Source of the DNA: Macrostomum lignano
Taxonomy: Eukaryota
Length of the DNA: 27,645 nt
Assembly (NCBI GenBank): GCA_002269645.1
Contig: NIVC01005052.1
Location: forward strand, 1 to 27,645
Reading direction: 5' to 3'
Shown here: positions 11,011 to 22,255 of the stretch, piece by piece
Numbering within the stretch: the first letter of the stretch is position 1
Layout of the letters: each line of letters starts with the position of its first letter
Translations under genes and position numbers: made by a program
The notes under the pieces: generated by a model
What the model was told of the DNA's origin: nothing
What the model saw: the letters and a program-made list of their open reading frames with translations, nothing else
The model's database searches: none

Positions 11011-11457
11011 TCACCGCTTAGGCTGCTTCTTGCTCAGCCATTGATCGTGCTTAGCAAAGGCGGTGCTCAGCAGGCTCCTGAGCTGGCTGACGGCTTCGGG
11101 CCGGCGCTGGGCCAGCGGCTGTATCCGGTCCGAGTCCAGCTTGGTCAGGGCGGCCCGCACCCTGGTCAGCTTGGCCTCCAGAGCGGCGCTGGTCACGGGG
11201 AAGCAGGCCCAGAAATGGCGCAGCAGCTCTGCAAGGGTGCGCGCCAAAGCGCGGATCTCCTCGATATGGGCACCAGAAGCCTGCTGCTGCGCCTCTTGAC
11301 GGGCGCGCCTGGAGCCGGGGACAACGCCGGACAGGCGGCCGCCAACAGACAGATCGCGCAGCGCCTCCACGGCCTCCTCGGCGGTGCAGGCTGACGATAG
11401 GCGCAGATTTGGCCAGGAGTCCAGGTGGTTGAGGCTGCGAGCCACTGCGCGGGACAG
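11011..11457 (-). CDS. GTF2H1: TFIIH subunit p62, exon 3 (last)
   Basis: LAELLRHFWACFP...LSTAFAKHDQW matches the p62 C-terminus. Acceptor ctcttcaaccctcAG (11460-11458), phase 0; stop TGA 11013-11011. Confidence 0.92.
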   Translation of the reverse strand: MSRAVARSLNHLDSWPNLRLSSACTAEEAVEALRDLSVGGRLSGVVPGSRRARQEAQQQASGAHIEEIRALARTLAELLRHFWACFPVTSAALEAKLTRVRAALTKLDSDRIQPLAQRRPEAVSQLRSLLSTAFAKHDQWLSKKQPKR

Positions 11458-11583
11458 CTGAGGGTTGAAGAGGACAAAGGTGCGGTTCAAAGTCCAGGGT
11501 GTAAACCAAACTTAAGGAGTGGAAATTTAGACTGCCAGGGTCTGCTATAGAGTCAATAGGTGCAACTAAGAACCCAGCAACAC

Positions 11584-12394
11584 TCGGAGAGCTACTTCCG
11601 GTTCGAAAATTTACTGCCCGTTTGAAGAGCCACTTCCGGTTCGGAGAGTCACTTCCAGTTCGGAGAACTACTTCCGGTTTGGAGAGCCACTTCTGGTTCG
11701 GAGAGCTACTTCCCGTTCGGAGAGCTACTTCTGGTTCGGAGAGACACTTCCGGTTCGGAAAGTTACTTCCGGTTCGGAAAGCTACTTCCGGTCTAGAAAG
11801 CTACTTTCAGTCTAGAAAGCTACTTCCAGTCTGGAAAGCTACTTCTGATTCAGAGAGCTACTTCCGATTCGAAGAGCTACTTCCGATTCGGAGAGCTACT
11901 TTCGGTTCGGAGAGTCACTTCCGGTTCGGAAAGTTACTCCCGGTTCGGAAAGTTACTCCCGGTTCGAAAAGTTACTTCCCGTCTGAAAAGCTACTTTTGG
12001 TTCGGAGAGCCACTTCCGGTTTGGAACTACTTCTGGTTTGGAAAGCTATTTCTGGTCTGGAAAGCTTTTTCTGATTCAGAGAGCTTTTTCGGGTTCGGAG
12101 AGCTACTTCCGGTGGGGGGAGCTACTTCCCATTCAGAGAGTTACTTCCGGTTCGGAGAGCTACTTCCGGTTCGGAGAGCTTACTTCCGGTTCGGAGAGCT
12201 ACTTCCGGTTCGGAGAGCTTACTTCCGGTTCGAAGAGCTACTTCCGGTTCGGAGAGCTACTTCCGGTTCGGAGAGCTACTTCCGGTTCGGAGAGCTTACT
12301 TCCGGTTCGGAGAGCTACTTCCGGTTCGGAGAGCTACTTCCGGTTCGGAGAGCTACTTCCGGTTCGGAGAGCTACTTCCGGTTTGGAAAGTTAC
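11584..12394 (+). repeat. 19-bp satellite, array 2, in GTF2H1 intron 2
   Basis: Same unit as array 1, about 42 copies, most homogeneous at 12140-12385. Confidence 0.95.
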
Positions 12395-12520
12395 GTCCTA
12401 CGGTGCAGACCAGTCTCAAGGGGAGTGTAAACTTAGACTCACAGGGGTGTGACCTAGAGTCAATAGGTGCAACAGAGCCCAGCAATCTGGCACGCTTGGC
12501 ACAAAAATGACAGCTCTCAC

Positions 12521-13460
12521 CTGAGCATCGGGCAGCCGAGAAGGCAGGTCACCAACAGGAGCCCCGCTACCGCTGCTGCCCTCGTCGCCGCCAGACTGCG
12601 CCGCGGGGCCGAACAGGTACCTCTCGATGCGCTCCAGCGCCATAGCGTCAGCTGCCGCCATCTCGGCCTCGGCCTCGTCCGCGCCAACGTCGCCCAGATC
12701 GTCAAACCGGGTGAGCTCGCGCAATTTCCTCCGCTTGCTGGCCAGCTGTCCGTCGTCGTTATCGCCGTCCCGATCGGCGCCAGCAGCGCTGGAAGCCGCA
12801 GCTGCCGCATCTCCGTTAGTCCCGTTGGTGGCGGCCGCTGCCGACCCGGACGTGTCCGGCTCCGACTGCAGCACCATCAGCGAGTGCTGGTTGCACCGCC
12901 GGATCAGCTGCTGCCCGCCAGTTGTCGACGAACTGCCGCCGCCAGCCGAAGCGCCGGTTGCTGCAGCGCCGCCGCCAACGGAGCTCGGCGCCTCCTCGTC
13001 CCTGTAGGTGTCCGCGTCCGCCAGCCGCGTGAGGTCCACGAACACGTCCGGGGTGATTCGCTCCATCACTCGGCGGAACGCGGCCTCGTCCTCGGCTGCG
13101 CAGTCGGCGAACACCTCGTCGCGGGCCACGTGCAGCCGGTCGCGGTGGAAGTAGTGGCTCTGGAAGAAGCGCAGCCAGAACTCCTGCTCGGAGACGGCCT
13201 GCGGCACCAGCTGCGCGTGCTTCCTGCGCACCGCCGGGTAGGTGGCGAAGATGGCCTGTATGATGTCGGCGGTGAGGCTGTACTTGAACCCGCCGTCCTG
13301 CGACACCGGCTTGATGGCCGACAGAAAGTCCGCGCTGACGCCCGCCCGCTGCTGCTGCTGCTGGCTTGTCTGGGCCGCTGATGCCGACGAAGCTGACGAG
13401 GAAGCTGGCGCGGGCTGGGGAGGCTTCTGCTGCTGCCTGAGGATGGGGAGTCCGGGTTGG
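12521..13460 (-). CDS. GTF2H1: TFIIH subunit p62, exon 2 (BSD2 domain); alternative in-frame acceptor gives a start at 13436
   Basis: GVSADFL, KYSLTADIIQAIFATYPAV, EFWLRFFQSHYFHRDR. Donor CAG|GTGAGA at 12520 (phase 0); phase-2 acceptors at 13461 (TAG) or 13437 (CAG). Confidence 0.92.
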
Positions 13461-13463
13461 CTA

Positions 13464-14094
<631 letters not shown>

Positions 14095-14212
14095 CTCACT
14101 GGACTTGCAAGGCGATTGTCAAGGACAACCACCAGACAGGACTGATCGGGCACGGGACAAACACACCAGACAGAACAGCAGCTACTCGGTAAGCAGTACT
14201 CAAGAAACCCAC

Positions 14213-14679
14213 CGGGGCTCTGCCAGGTGCTGGTAGGTGGACCAGAACTCGTCAGCTCCCACAATGCCGGTGGGCACCAGGTCCTTGTACAGCTGCAGCA
14301 GCTCCGGGTTGCGCTCCAACAGGCTGGTTTTGCCTTCAAATTCGGCGAATAAATGCTGACGGAATCTGGGCAGCAACTGCATGAGCAGCTCCTTGACTGC
14401 GTCCCGATCCTTGAGCTGCTGCTCGTGGCCAGCGGGGTTGCTGAACAGGAAAGTCTCCTTCACGCCCGAGTGCAGCTCCAGCTGCAGCTGCACTTTCTCC
14501 TTCTTCATCGGTGACACCAGCTGAGCTTTGACGTCCTGGTAAGCCACGGTCAGCTTGAGCAGGTCGCTGCGCTGACTGGACCAGCCAACCCGCGTGGCCA
14601 TGAGGTACAGAGTGCCCTGAGTAGTCTTGTAGCGAACATGCTCAGTGCTCAGCAGGATCTCTTCCCCGCCGCCGGACAT
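14213..14679 (-). CDS. GTF2H1: TFIIH subunit p62, coding exon 1 (PH domain + BSD1)
   Basis: MSGGGEEILL..., GTLYLMATRVGW, KVQLQLELH, DRDAVKELLMQLLPRF, QLYKDLV..DEFW. Donor CG|GTGGGT at 14212 (phase 2). Confidence 0.93.
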
Positions 14680-16816
14680 CTCAGCTCAGCCTGATGATGG
14701 AGGAGAGGCTTGGGGAGGCTGGCCGCCACAGTGACAGACAATTCAGGCTGGGATTTGTATTGGGACTGGTGACAAATAAGTCGGAATGAGGGAAGTTGAG
14801 CAGAAAGCAAAGTGGGCGGAATCATGAGCTCAGGCATTAAGATCCTGAGTTTTGGTGGAGAGCATTAATTATCCACTATTATACTCAAATTGCACAATAA
14901 TGACACTAAGTCTTCAGTTGAATATTGTTATTATTTAAGGTCTCAATAAACAGTTTTTAATTTTACTCTTTTAGGCCAAGATAAAAAAATTGATTTATAT
15001 TTTCAAACCAAAATGCCTAATTTAACTATACTCAGTTATGAAATCAGTTAATAAAATAAAATTTATAAAGCATGAATATCCAATATGCCATTGCAAAGTA
15101 TAGACTGGATGAATACTTATTTTAAAACTTAAAGACCAAATGCTTTCCCTACATATTGCTTTAAATTCAAATAGTCCTTGGTTGACTCATTCCTTGCTCT
15201 GCTCTAGTCATGTTTTTAAATAAAAAACAAGTAAAACATTTTTGTAATATTCATTGTGTTATAACTGGTTATATAATCTTGAATCTAAAAAATACTTTTA
15301 AATTATTCCAACATTCCTCTATAAAATAGGTGCTAAGGTTAAAGATGATCAAGAAGTGGCCTAGCAAGTTGCAGTGAAAGAATTATCTTCTATTATGTCA
15401 TTATGACACTATGCCAGTGTATACTAGCATTACTAGTAGATAATAAGAATGCATACTAGTAAAAAGCAATAAATACTTATTCTTAGACTTATTTAGACCA
15501 ATAATTAGACTATACATAGATCTATTCTAGACTTGTATATAGAAATTAACCCAAGGAATTCAGGTCTAACTAATAAATAAATTATATTAAAGATAACCTA
15601 TCACAACTTTAGTGTTAATAGTAAAATATTAAAGAGAAAAAAAGAGGCTTATAACAATTTCATTTTACTTTTTAAGATTGAAGTAAAGCATTATGACAAT
15701 TTTGGTATTAGCTATAGAATAGAAGAAAGATCTATTATATTATAGCTTTGATATTAATAGATAAAATTTATGAGACAAGGGAAACCCTTAGCCCTAGGAC
15801 AACTTTTGTGACAATAGTAGAATTGAAATAGACTTAGCATTAGGCCTATCATAGCATTGAGGGCAAAGGTAAGCCTAGAATATTCTTAAAATAATACAAA
15901 ACCCTTATTAGGCCAACAATTTTGTCTTTGGCATCAGGTTTTGCAACAGAAATAACCCCTACTATATTATAAAGCCAAAATGTTGGGCTATTCTAGTTTT
16001 TTTATATTAGACATTTTTATCAATAGATAGAGGATAAAAGGTTAAAAAAATATTGAAAAGAAATTTATTAAGTAAAAAAATAAATTAAAAATAATTTTAA
16101 CAAACCTAATCTATAGGAAAGATATACAATATACAAGGGAAATTTCTATTATATATTGGCTTTACTTGTTATACCTATCAAATATATGATCAGGCCAAGT
16201 TATGTTTATAGCCATTGCATGCATTAAAAACTATTATAGGCCTATATAGCTATATTTGCAATAATAATTATTATATAGTATGACTTAGTCTAACTTAATG
16301 ACTAATAAATATTTAGCTAAAATGATTATAACAATATTAATGCTAAGCTAATAGACAGTTAATAATTATTCAAAAAAAGCATTAATAAAAAAATTATATT
16401 ATCGCTTTTAGAAAATGTTCTTTTTTGTACAATAGCTATAAAATAGTTTAAAATTTGAAGTCCATTAAAGTATTTTCCTTCTTTGTAAGCTCTAGAAAAC
16501 TATAGCATTGGTAATGGTATTCTTATATTGTTTGCAATTTTTTAAATTAATTTTATTTTGCATTGCTTTTATATAATAATTTTGTTCTGGCTTTCTATTG
16601 TATCTCTCTATTAATTGAATTATATACAAAGTCCATTTTAAAATTTACCTTCTATTATGCAAAAACATGATATTTCTTCCCATAGTTTGGATTATACATT
16701 AGTATACACCAGGTCTAATGTTGGAAAAAATTGAGAACATTTGTACAATAGAACAAAAATATATTCTCTTGTCTTGATATATGCTAAGAAATCTTGGTAT
16801 ACATGTTACCTTCTAA

Positions 16817-16988
16817 CATGCTTGGGCATAACCTAGGGATTTACCCGGCCATTTCTATTGGCAACACACACATGTAAGTCGCTATTGGACGGAATAGTAG
16901 TCACGTGACTACTCTCAGCTAATAGTGACTTACATGTGTGTGTTGCCAATAGAAATGGCCAGGTGAATCCCTAGGTTGCGCATATATG
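16817..16988. mobile_element. 172-bp palindromic (foldback) hAT-type MITE
   Basis: Perfect 8-bp TSD CCTTCTAA (16809-16816, 16989-16996). ~57-bp inverted arms with 3-4 mismatches; central perfect palindrome AGTAGTCACGTGACTACT. Confidence 0.88.
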
Positions 16989-19423
16989 CCTTCTAAGCTA
17001 TAAATCTCTTTGACTATGGACATAATAGGCCTACAAACAAGTTTTTAGGCAAAAAAACATGGTGCCTAATAGGTAAAATACATAAGAAAGGCCTACAAAA
17101 GTGTTGAAAATTTAAAATACAAAGTCTAAAGATTTTTTTCAAATTATAAGATAACCTTTTTATTGATCAATTTTCTAAAGTAAGGTGTCCTTATATTTGG
17201 ACAAGTAAGATTTATCAAATAAAAAATAGGCCTATACTAAAAGTTATTTTCGAATTCTTACTGGAGTCCCTACTGTGGCCACTAGGCATAAAGCAAATAG
17301 TAGCTAGGCCTAGCCATGATTGCAATTTATTCATATTTTAAAACTCAATGACAATAAAAGTTTGACTCAATTAAAATTTTAACAAAGCACCAACCATCAT
17401 TTTAGGCCTATTAGGACATGAAAGTCTTCCAAAGTAGTGCTGTAATATAGTGAACTTAGTGTACTATATATAAAGTCATGAACAAAAAACAAGGCATTGA
17501 ATTAGGTCAGGGCTATTAGTTAGTATTATTACTAGGGCAACTCGGCCAGCTGGCCAGGGCAAGGGGCAATAAGAATTTAGCTTTTTCTTTTCATTTATTT
17601 TATAAAAGTAACATAAGTAGGCCTTAGTAATATCATATAATATCAAATAGTCGTCGCTAGCAAATATTACATATGATTCAGATTCTCTTGCGGCAGTCGG
17701 GTTACCACCTTGTTTATTGAAATTTCATAGTAATAATATTTACACACCGTCGATAGTAAATTTTTTGTGAATTTAATTGCGTGCCCCCAACTCCCGGAAA
17801 TTTTTCGCGTTGCTTTCCCAACGTTTGTTTAATACGTCACCTTCCCGTATGTTGACTTTGTTCGTCCTTGTCTTGTCCTTCTATTTTGTCCCACTGATGA
17901 ATCGATGCTTTCCCACTCTTGTTTGCTGAATTTTGCCGTTTATTTCTGCGCTATTTGTTTTTTCTCAACCCTGTGCCCACTTCCTTGTCCAACCTGCTGC
18001 CCAACTGCCCGTCCAAGTCTCGTCCTTGTTGTTGAATTTTTGTAAACCTATTTATTGCGAGTCTCAGGCTCTTCTGCCAAAAACCTCCCCCTCCTTCCTT
18101 CTCGCAACCACCCGTGACCTTTGCGTTCAGTGAAGTTAAGTTAGAGTTGAGCCTGCGATAATATTTTAGTTTTCATTTAAGCTACTAGCAGCCGCACTTC
18201 ACTTATTTATAGCGCACCGCGGCTCTGCTCGTTGTATTATTAGTCGACCTAAATACTTAATACCTGACTTCTAAACTAATTTATTTCTTAATATTCACTA
18301 ACAACAATAAATAATAATAATAACAATCATCAGTAACTTTATTTTCGTCAATCAATTAATTAAGCCCATAGCCTATCTTGAGTCTTTGACCGCGGGGCGT
18401 AAAATAACCAAATAATTCTCATCTCAAAGAAAGCTCTGAGAATAGCTTCGTTCCGCAATTCGAGAATTACGGTGGTGGCAGCTTTACCCTACTGAAAGTA
18501 ATCAGCTCAACAAATCGACGCATTAATTTACGGTGTCAGGATCTCCGGTGTTACCATTTTGAACGACCGTGCCGCTAAAAGACCGCTCGCCTACGATTGA
18601 AACTACCCTCCCCCCGGAATTTGAGGACCCCGACTGTCGGAGTAAAACAGGAGAAAGAATTTCGTTGTGATTCGTCTGCGCGACTTTTCCGGATTTATTC
18701 GTGCGAATGCAACATCGACCGGTTTTCCAAGAAAACCCACTACAAAAATTCCACTATTTTTTCTCCACCCCACCTCACTCTCTTACGAACTATAGTTCTT
18801 CGAAACATCACAAAATTTTGTCAAAAAGAAAGATTTAACAAACTCAATTTAGTATGATTAAATAAATCAATATGCATTATTTGCAGGATGGCTGTGAAAT
18901 CACTGGTGCAACGCCTTATTGAAATCGTTCCAAACCATAATTAGCGCTTTGGCGCCAATTTTCCGTTGACTGAGCACATACAAAGCGCACAGATTAGCCT
19001 ACTGCACGCAGGCACGCACCGTAGTGATGCACAAGCTCATACAGATTGTACTTGTACAGCGGCCCTGACTGTATAATCGTCAGGGGCCCGTGCTATAGAA
19101 TACTCTTAACTCCTAAATCCTTAAGAGTGTCCTAACTCCTAGCTCCTAGCTGGCTTTTCTGTGCTATAGAATCAAGAGTAAATTTTAAGAGCTAGGAGGC
19201 TCCTTAAGGACGTTAGGAGACTCCTGGGTGAATTTAGGAGAACTCATTAAGGTCCGTGGCATGCTATAGAATTAGGAGAGGAAGTCTAGGAGCTAGGAGT
19301 TGGCTTTTAGGAGTGATTCTAGGAGCGCGTGTCCTATAGAATGAGAAAATTTCGCTCCTAACTCTTGACTCCTAAGCAAGAGTTCAAGGGCCAATTTTCA
19401 CTCTCAGACAAGCTAGGATTATA

Positions 19424-19582
19424 ATGTTTTCGGACAGCGAATCGGATTCTGATGAGGAAAGAGTCAATGATAGACGCCGTCGACAATTTAAGGCAAGAAT
19501 TAATTTTTTTAAAGAAGATCCAGCCGAGAGTGCTATGCGTTTTAGACTTAACGAGATCCAGCTAGCTAGCTTTCAAGCCTAA
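19424..19582 (+). pseudogene. N-terminal stub of a Harbinger-type transposase (52 aa)
   Basis: MFSDSESDSDEERVNDRRRRQFKARINFFKEDPAESAMRFRLNEIQL resembles the R..F..R.N.F....F..RFRL N-terminus of Harbinger DDE transposases. Confidence 0.6.
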
Positions 19583-19732
19583 CAGGTGGAATTCGACACA
19601 GAATCGAATATCCAACACGGTGCACATAGCAATCTTCGCATTCTTAGTTATGGTTGTACTAAACGCACCAAAGAGAACCTCTTTGGGTGCAGCGACGGCT
19701 CTCACAAATGATATTTTTTGAGCAATTTGCAT
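19562..19732 (-). pseudogene. N-terminal stub of a Harbinger Myb/SANT-like DNA-binding protein (56 aa)
   Basis: MQIAQKISFVRAVAAPKEVLFGAFSTTITKNAKIAM resembles the K.VLFG.FS..IT...K...W Myb/SANT-like motif. Confidence 0.6.
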
Positions 19733-20109
19733 TTTCACTCCTGAGATTCAATCCTTAAGGATCGTAAAGTTAGGATTGTGATATAGCACACAATTCTCTA
19801 TCATCCTTAAACGATTGCGCAACACTCCTTGAACACACCCCCACTACTAGGCTGCACTCCTTGCAAGAACTCCTATAGCTCCTAACTCTTAACTCCTGAT
19901 TCTATAGCACACAAAATCCAATCACTCCTTGTCAAGAGTACTCTTGAGTCCTAGCTCCTAGCTCCTGATTCTATAGCACGGGCCCCAAGTCACACGCACG
20001 CAGTCACACTTCACACGCAGCCACAAAGTTTGGATCAAGAACAGAAAAATCCGAGATTACGAGATTCCGATGCAGCACCCTGAAGCAAAATTATTGATTT
20101 CCACAACGG

Positions 20110-20201
20110 GTCACAAGGTGGGGTGGGGGACAAAGCATTGGCATGCCCCCCCATAGATTTAACTGGGGGGACATGCCCCCCCCCTGGTGGCGACGCCCCT
20201 G
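20110..20201. mobile_element. Solo terminal fragment of a small DNA element
   Basis: Ends in GGGGGGACATGCCCCCCCCCTGGTGGCGACGCCCCTG; no partner end found in the window. Confidence 0.3.
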
Positions 20202-20689
20202 CTTCTCTCCTCTCCTCTCCTCCTCTCCCTTCTCTCCTCTCCTTTCTCTCTTCTCCCTTCTCTCTTCTCTGGCGCAAGCAAACAGTACTCAGTTCTTGCC
20301 AAAAACTTGTTATCCAAATACTCGCTGACAAAACAGCTTTGGAATCAATGCACCAGCGACCTGCTTGGGGTTTCTGTCCACGAAAAAATGTTTGCGTGCA
20401 TCCGAAAATGTAGAAAAAAAGAAAATAATGAAATCGCACTGTAGTCATTTAAAGCAATGAAATCATCGCGGGAAATGCAATCGCGCGCATCCGTTACGGC
20501 GCACTTGTATTTAAATGGATCTCTGAAGCCAAGCACAGACAGCAGTTCAGGACCAAGGACTACTTAAGGAAATTTTTAGGAGGCCGGTTTCACCGAAGAA
20601 ATACAAATTAGAAAGAAAAATTGAAAACCTGCCTTCTAAAATTTTCCAAGAAGCGTAGTTTCCCGTCTTTCTACTTGAGCAGTCCTTGC

Positions 20690-21106
20690 TCAGGACTCAA
20701 GCCGCACACAGTGCCAACCCAGCTCAGGCACGAGGCCCTCCTCAGACTCAGTGGCAGACTTGGGCAGCGCAGTGAGCAGATGCATCGGGCCGCCGATCTG
20801 TGCCTGGTTGTCGGCCGTCAGCTCGGGCACGTCGGACCTTTGCGGCGACCCCAACGGCGGCAGTGCGGCGCCTTTCGTGGCCGGGGCGCGAAAGAAGATG
20901 TGCCTGGCCAGCTGCCAGTCCACGAACTCGTGGCGCTGCCAGGCCAGGTAGGAGTGGTCCCGGTACGTGTCATTGCTCAGAATGTGACAGCGCGGGCCCG
21001 AGCTGAGGGCGGCGTGCAGAGCGAACAGGTCGTCAGCTGCGGCAGTTTGGAACAGGCTGATGGCGCCGATGCCTCCGTGCTGGGAGCGGAGCTTTTCCAG
21101 CAGAGC
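20690..21106 (-). CDS. PRORP: Mitochondrial protein-only RNase P catalytic subunit, exon 6 (NYN metallonuclease C-half)
   Basis: ADDLFALHAAL and ILSNDTYRDH match human EDDPFLLYATL and FITRDLMRDH; candidate Zn ligands PMH...WHC. Acceptor caaccgcAG| phase 0; stop TGA 20692-20690. Confidence 0.9.
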   Translation of the reverse strand, partial: ALLEKLRSQHGGIGAISLFQTAAADDLFALHAALSSGPRCHILSNDTYRDHSYLAWQRHEFVDWQLARHIFFRAPATKGAALPPLGSPQRSDVPELTADNQAQIGGPMHLLTALPKSATESEEGLVPELGWHCVRLES

Positions 21107-21193
21107 CTGCGGTTGAAGATGTTTCTTGGAAAATTTACTGCTAATACTGGGAAAGGTGTCCCGTGCATACAGTAACGCTGGCACTGTATAAGA

Positions 21194-21917
21194 GTCGCTC
21201 AATGTGTCACTCATTGTGTTGCTCATTGTGTCGCTCAATGTATTGCTCATTGTGTTGCTCATTGTATTGATCATTGTATTGCTCATTGTATTGCTCATTG
21301 TGTTGCTCATTGTGTCGCTCATTGTATTGCTCATTGTGTTGGTCATTGTGTCGCTCATTGTATTGCTCATTGTGTTGCTCATTATGTCGCTCATTGTGTT
21401 GCTCATTGTGTTGGTCATTGTGTCGCTCATTGTATTGCTCATTGTGTCGCTCATTGTATTGCTCATTGTGTCGCTCATTGTATTGCTCATTGTGTCGCTC
21501 ATTGTATTGCTCATTGTGTCGCTCATTGTATTGCTCATTGTGTCGCTCATTGTATTGCTCATTGTATTGCTCATTGTATTGCTCATTGTGTTGCTCATTG
21601 TGTCGCTCATTGTGTTGCTCATTGTGTTGGTCATTGTGTCGCTCATTGTATTGCTCATTGTGTTGCTCATTGTGTCGCTCATTGTGTTGGTCATTGTGTC
21701 GCTCATTGTGTTGCTCATTGTATCGCTCATTGTGTTGCTCAATGTACTGCTCATTGTGTCGCTCATTGTGTTGCTCATTGTATCGCTCATTGTGTTGCTC
21801 AATGTACTGCTCATTGTGTCGCTCATTGTGTTGCTCATTGTGTTGCTCATTGTGTTGCTCATTGTATTGCTCATTGTGTCGCTGACTGTGTCGCTGACTG
21901 TGTCACTGACTGTCGCT
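21194..21917 (+). repeat. 12-bp minisatellite GCTCATTGT(G/A)T(T/C), PRORP intron 5
   Basis: About 60 copies; source of the MSNT, LLIV and CSLY ORFs. Confidence 0.96.
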
Positions 21918-21947
21918 AATTGCAACACCAATTCAGGTTTTATTTAC

Positions 21948-22094
21948 CTGAAATTTGCGCAGCTGGGCGTCCCGGCCGGTGCTATACTTGTACAGCAAGC
22001 CAATGTGCAGCGGTTTTGGCGCCCGCTGTCCACGAATCATCCAGTTGACAGCGTCTGACAGGTGCGACACTGACTGCTTCATCGTGTAATGAAG
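21948..22094 (-). CDS. PRORP: PRORP exon 5 (49 codons, absent from the ORF track)
   Basis: Acceptor ctttttattcgcAG|, donor CAG|GTAAAT, phase 0/0. Open frame LHYTMKQSVSHLSDAVNWMIRGQRAPKPLHIGLLYKYSTGRDAQLRKFQ fits between the two NYN motifs. Confidence 0.8.
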
Positions 22095-22255
22095 CTGCGA
22101 ATAAAAAGGTAGGTTAAGCGAATAAGTTACTTAACTTGACTTAATCTGATAATTGTCTTCAGGCCAATGCTCCTTCGTACATGGTCTTTGTTCGGAACAA
22201 ATGTGGCTGCACATCATAGTGTGACTCGACCGATTACGGGTCATTGTCTAAGATC

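Larger units (their letters stand above)
19084..19985. mobile_element. PIF/Harbinger internal-deletion derivative (~0.9 kb)
   Basis: Perfect TIRs (G)GGGCCCGTGCTATAGAAT; flanks CAG/CAA (imperfect 3-bp TSD). Subterminal GCTATAGAAT and CTCCTA/TAGGAG repeats; remnants of two ORFs. Confidence 0.85.

Noticed and set aside
10474-12394. GGTTCGA B-box/tRNA-like motifs in the 19-mer, and ESYFRFGE ORFs
   Set aside because: No A-box or cloverleaf; the ORFs are periodic repeat translations.
15340-15400. QVAVKEL resembling kinase subdomain II
   Set aside because: Surrounded by stops, with no other kinase motif.
18597-18945. 86-aa ORF (TTG start) and an acceptor followed by ATG giving MAVKSLVQRLIEIVPNHN*
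   Set aside because: No homology recognised, AT-rich codons, and no downstream donor or exon.
20690-21931. 413-aa ORF with an (MSNT/MSDT)n mucin-like N-terminus
   Set aside because: The 12-bp intronic repeat happens to be in frame with PRORP exon 6. The real acceptor is at 21107, and intron retention hits a stop at 21935.
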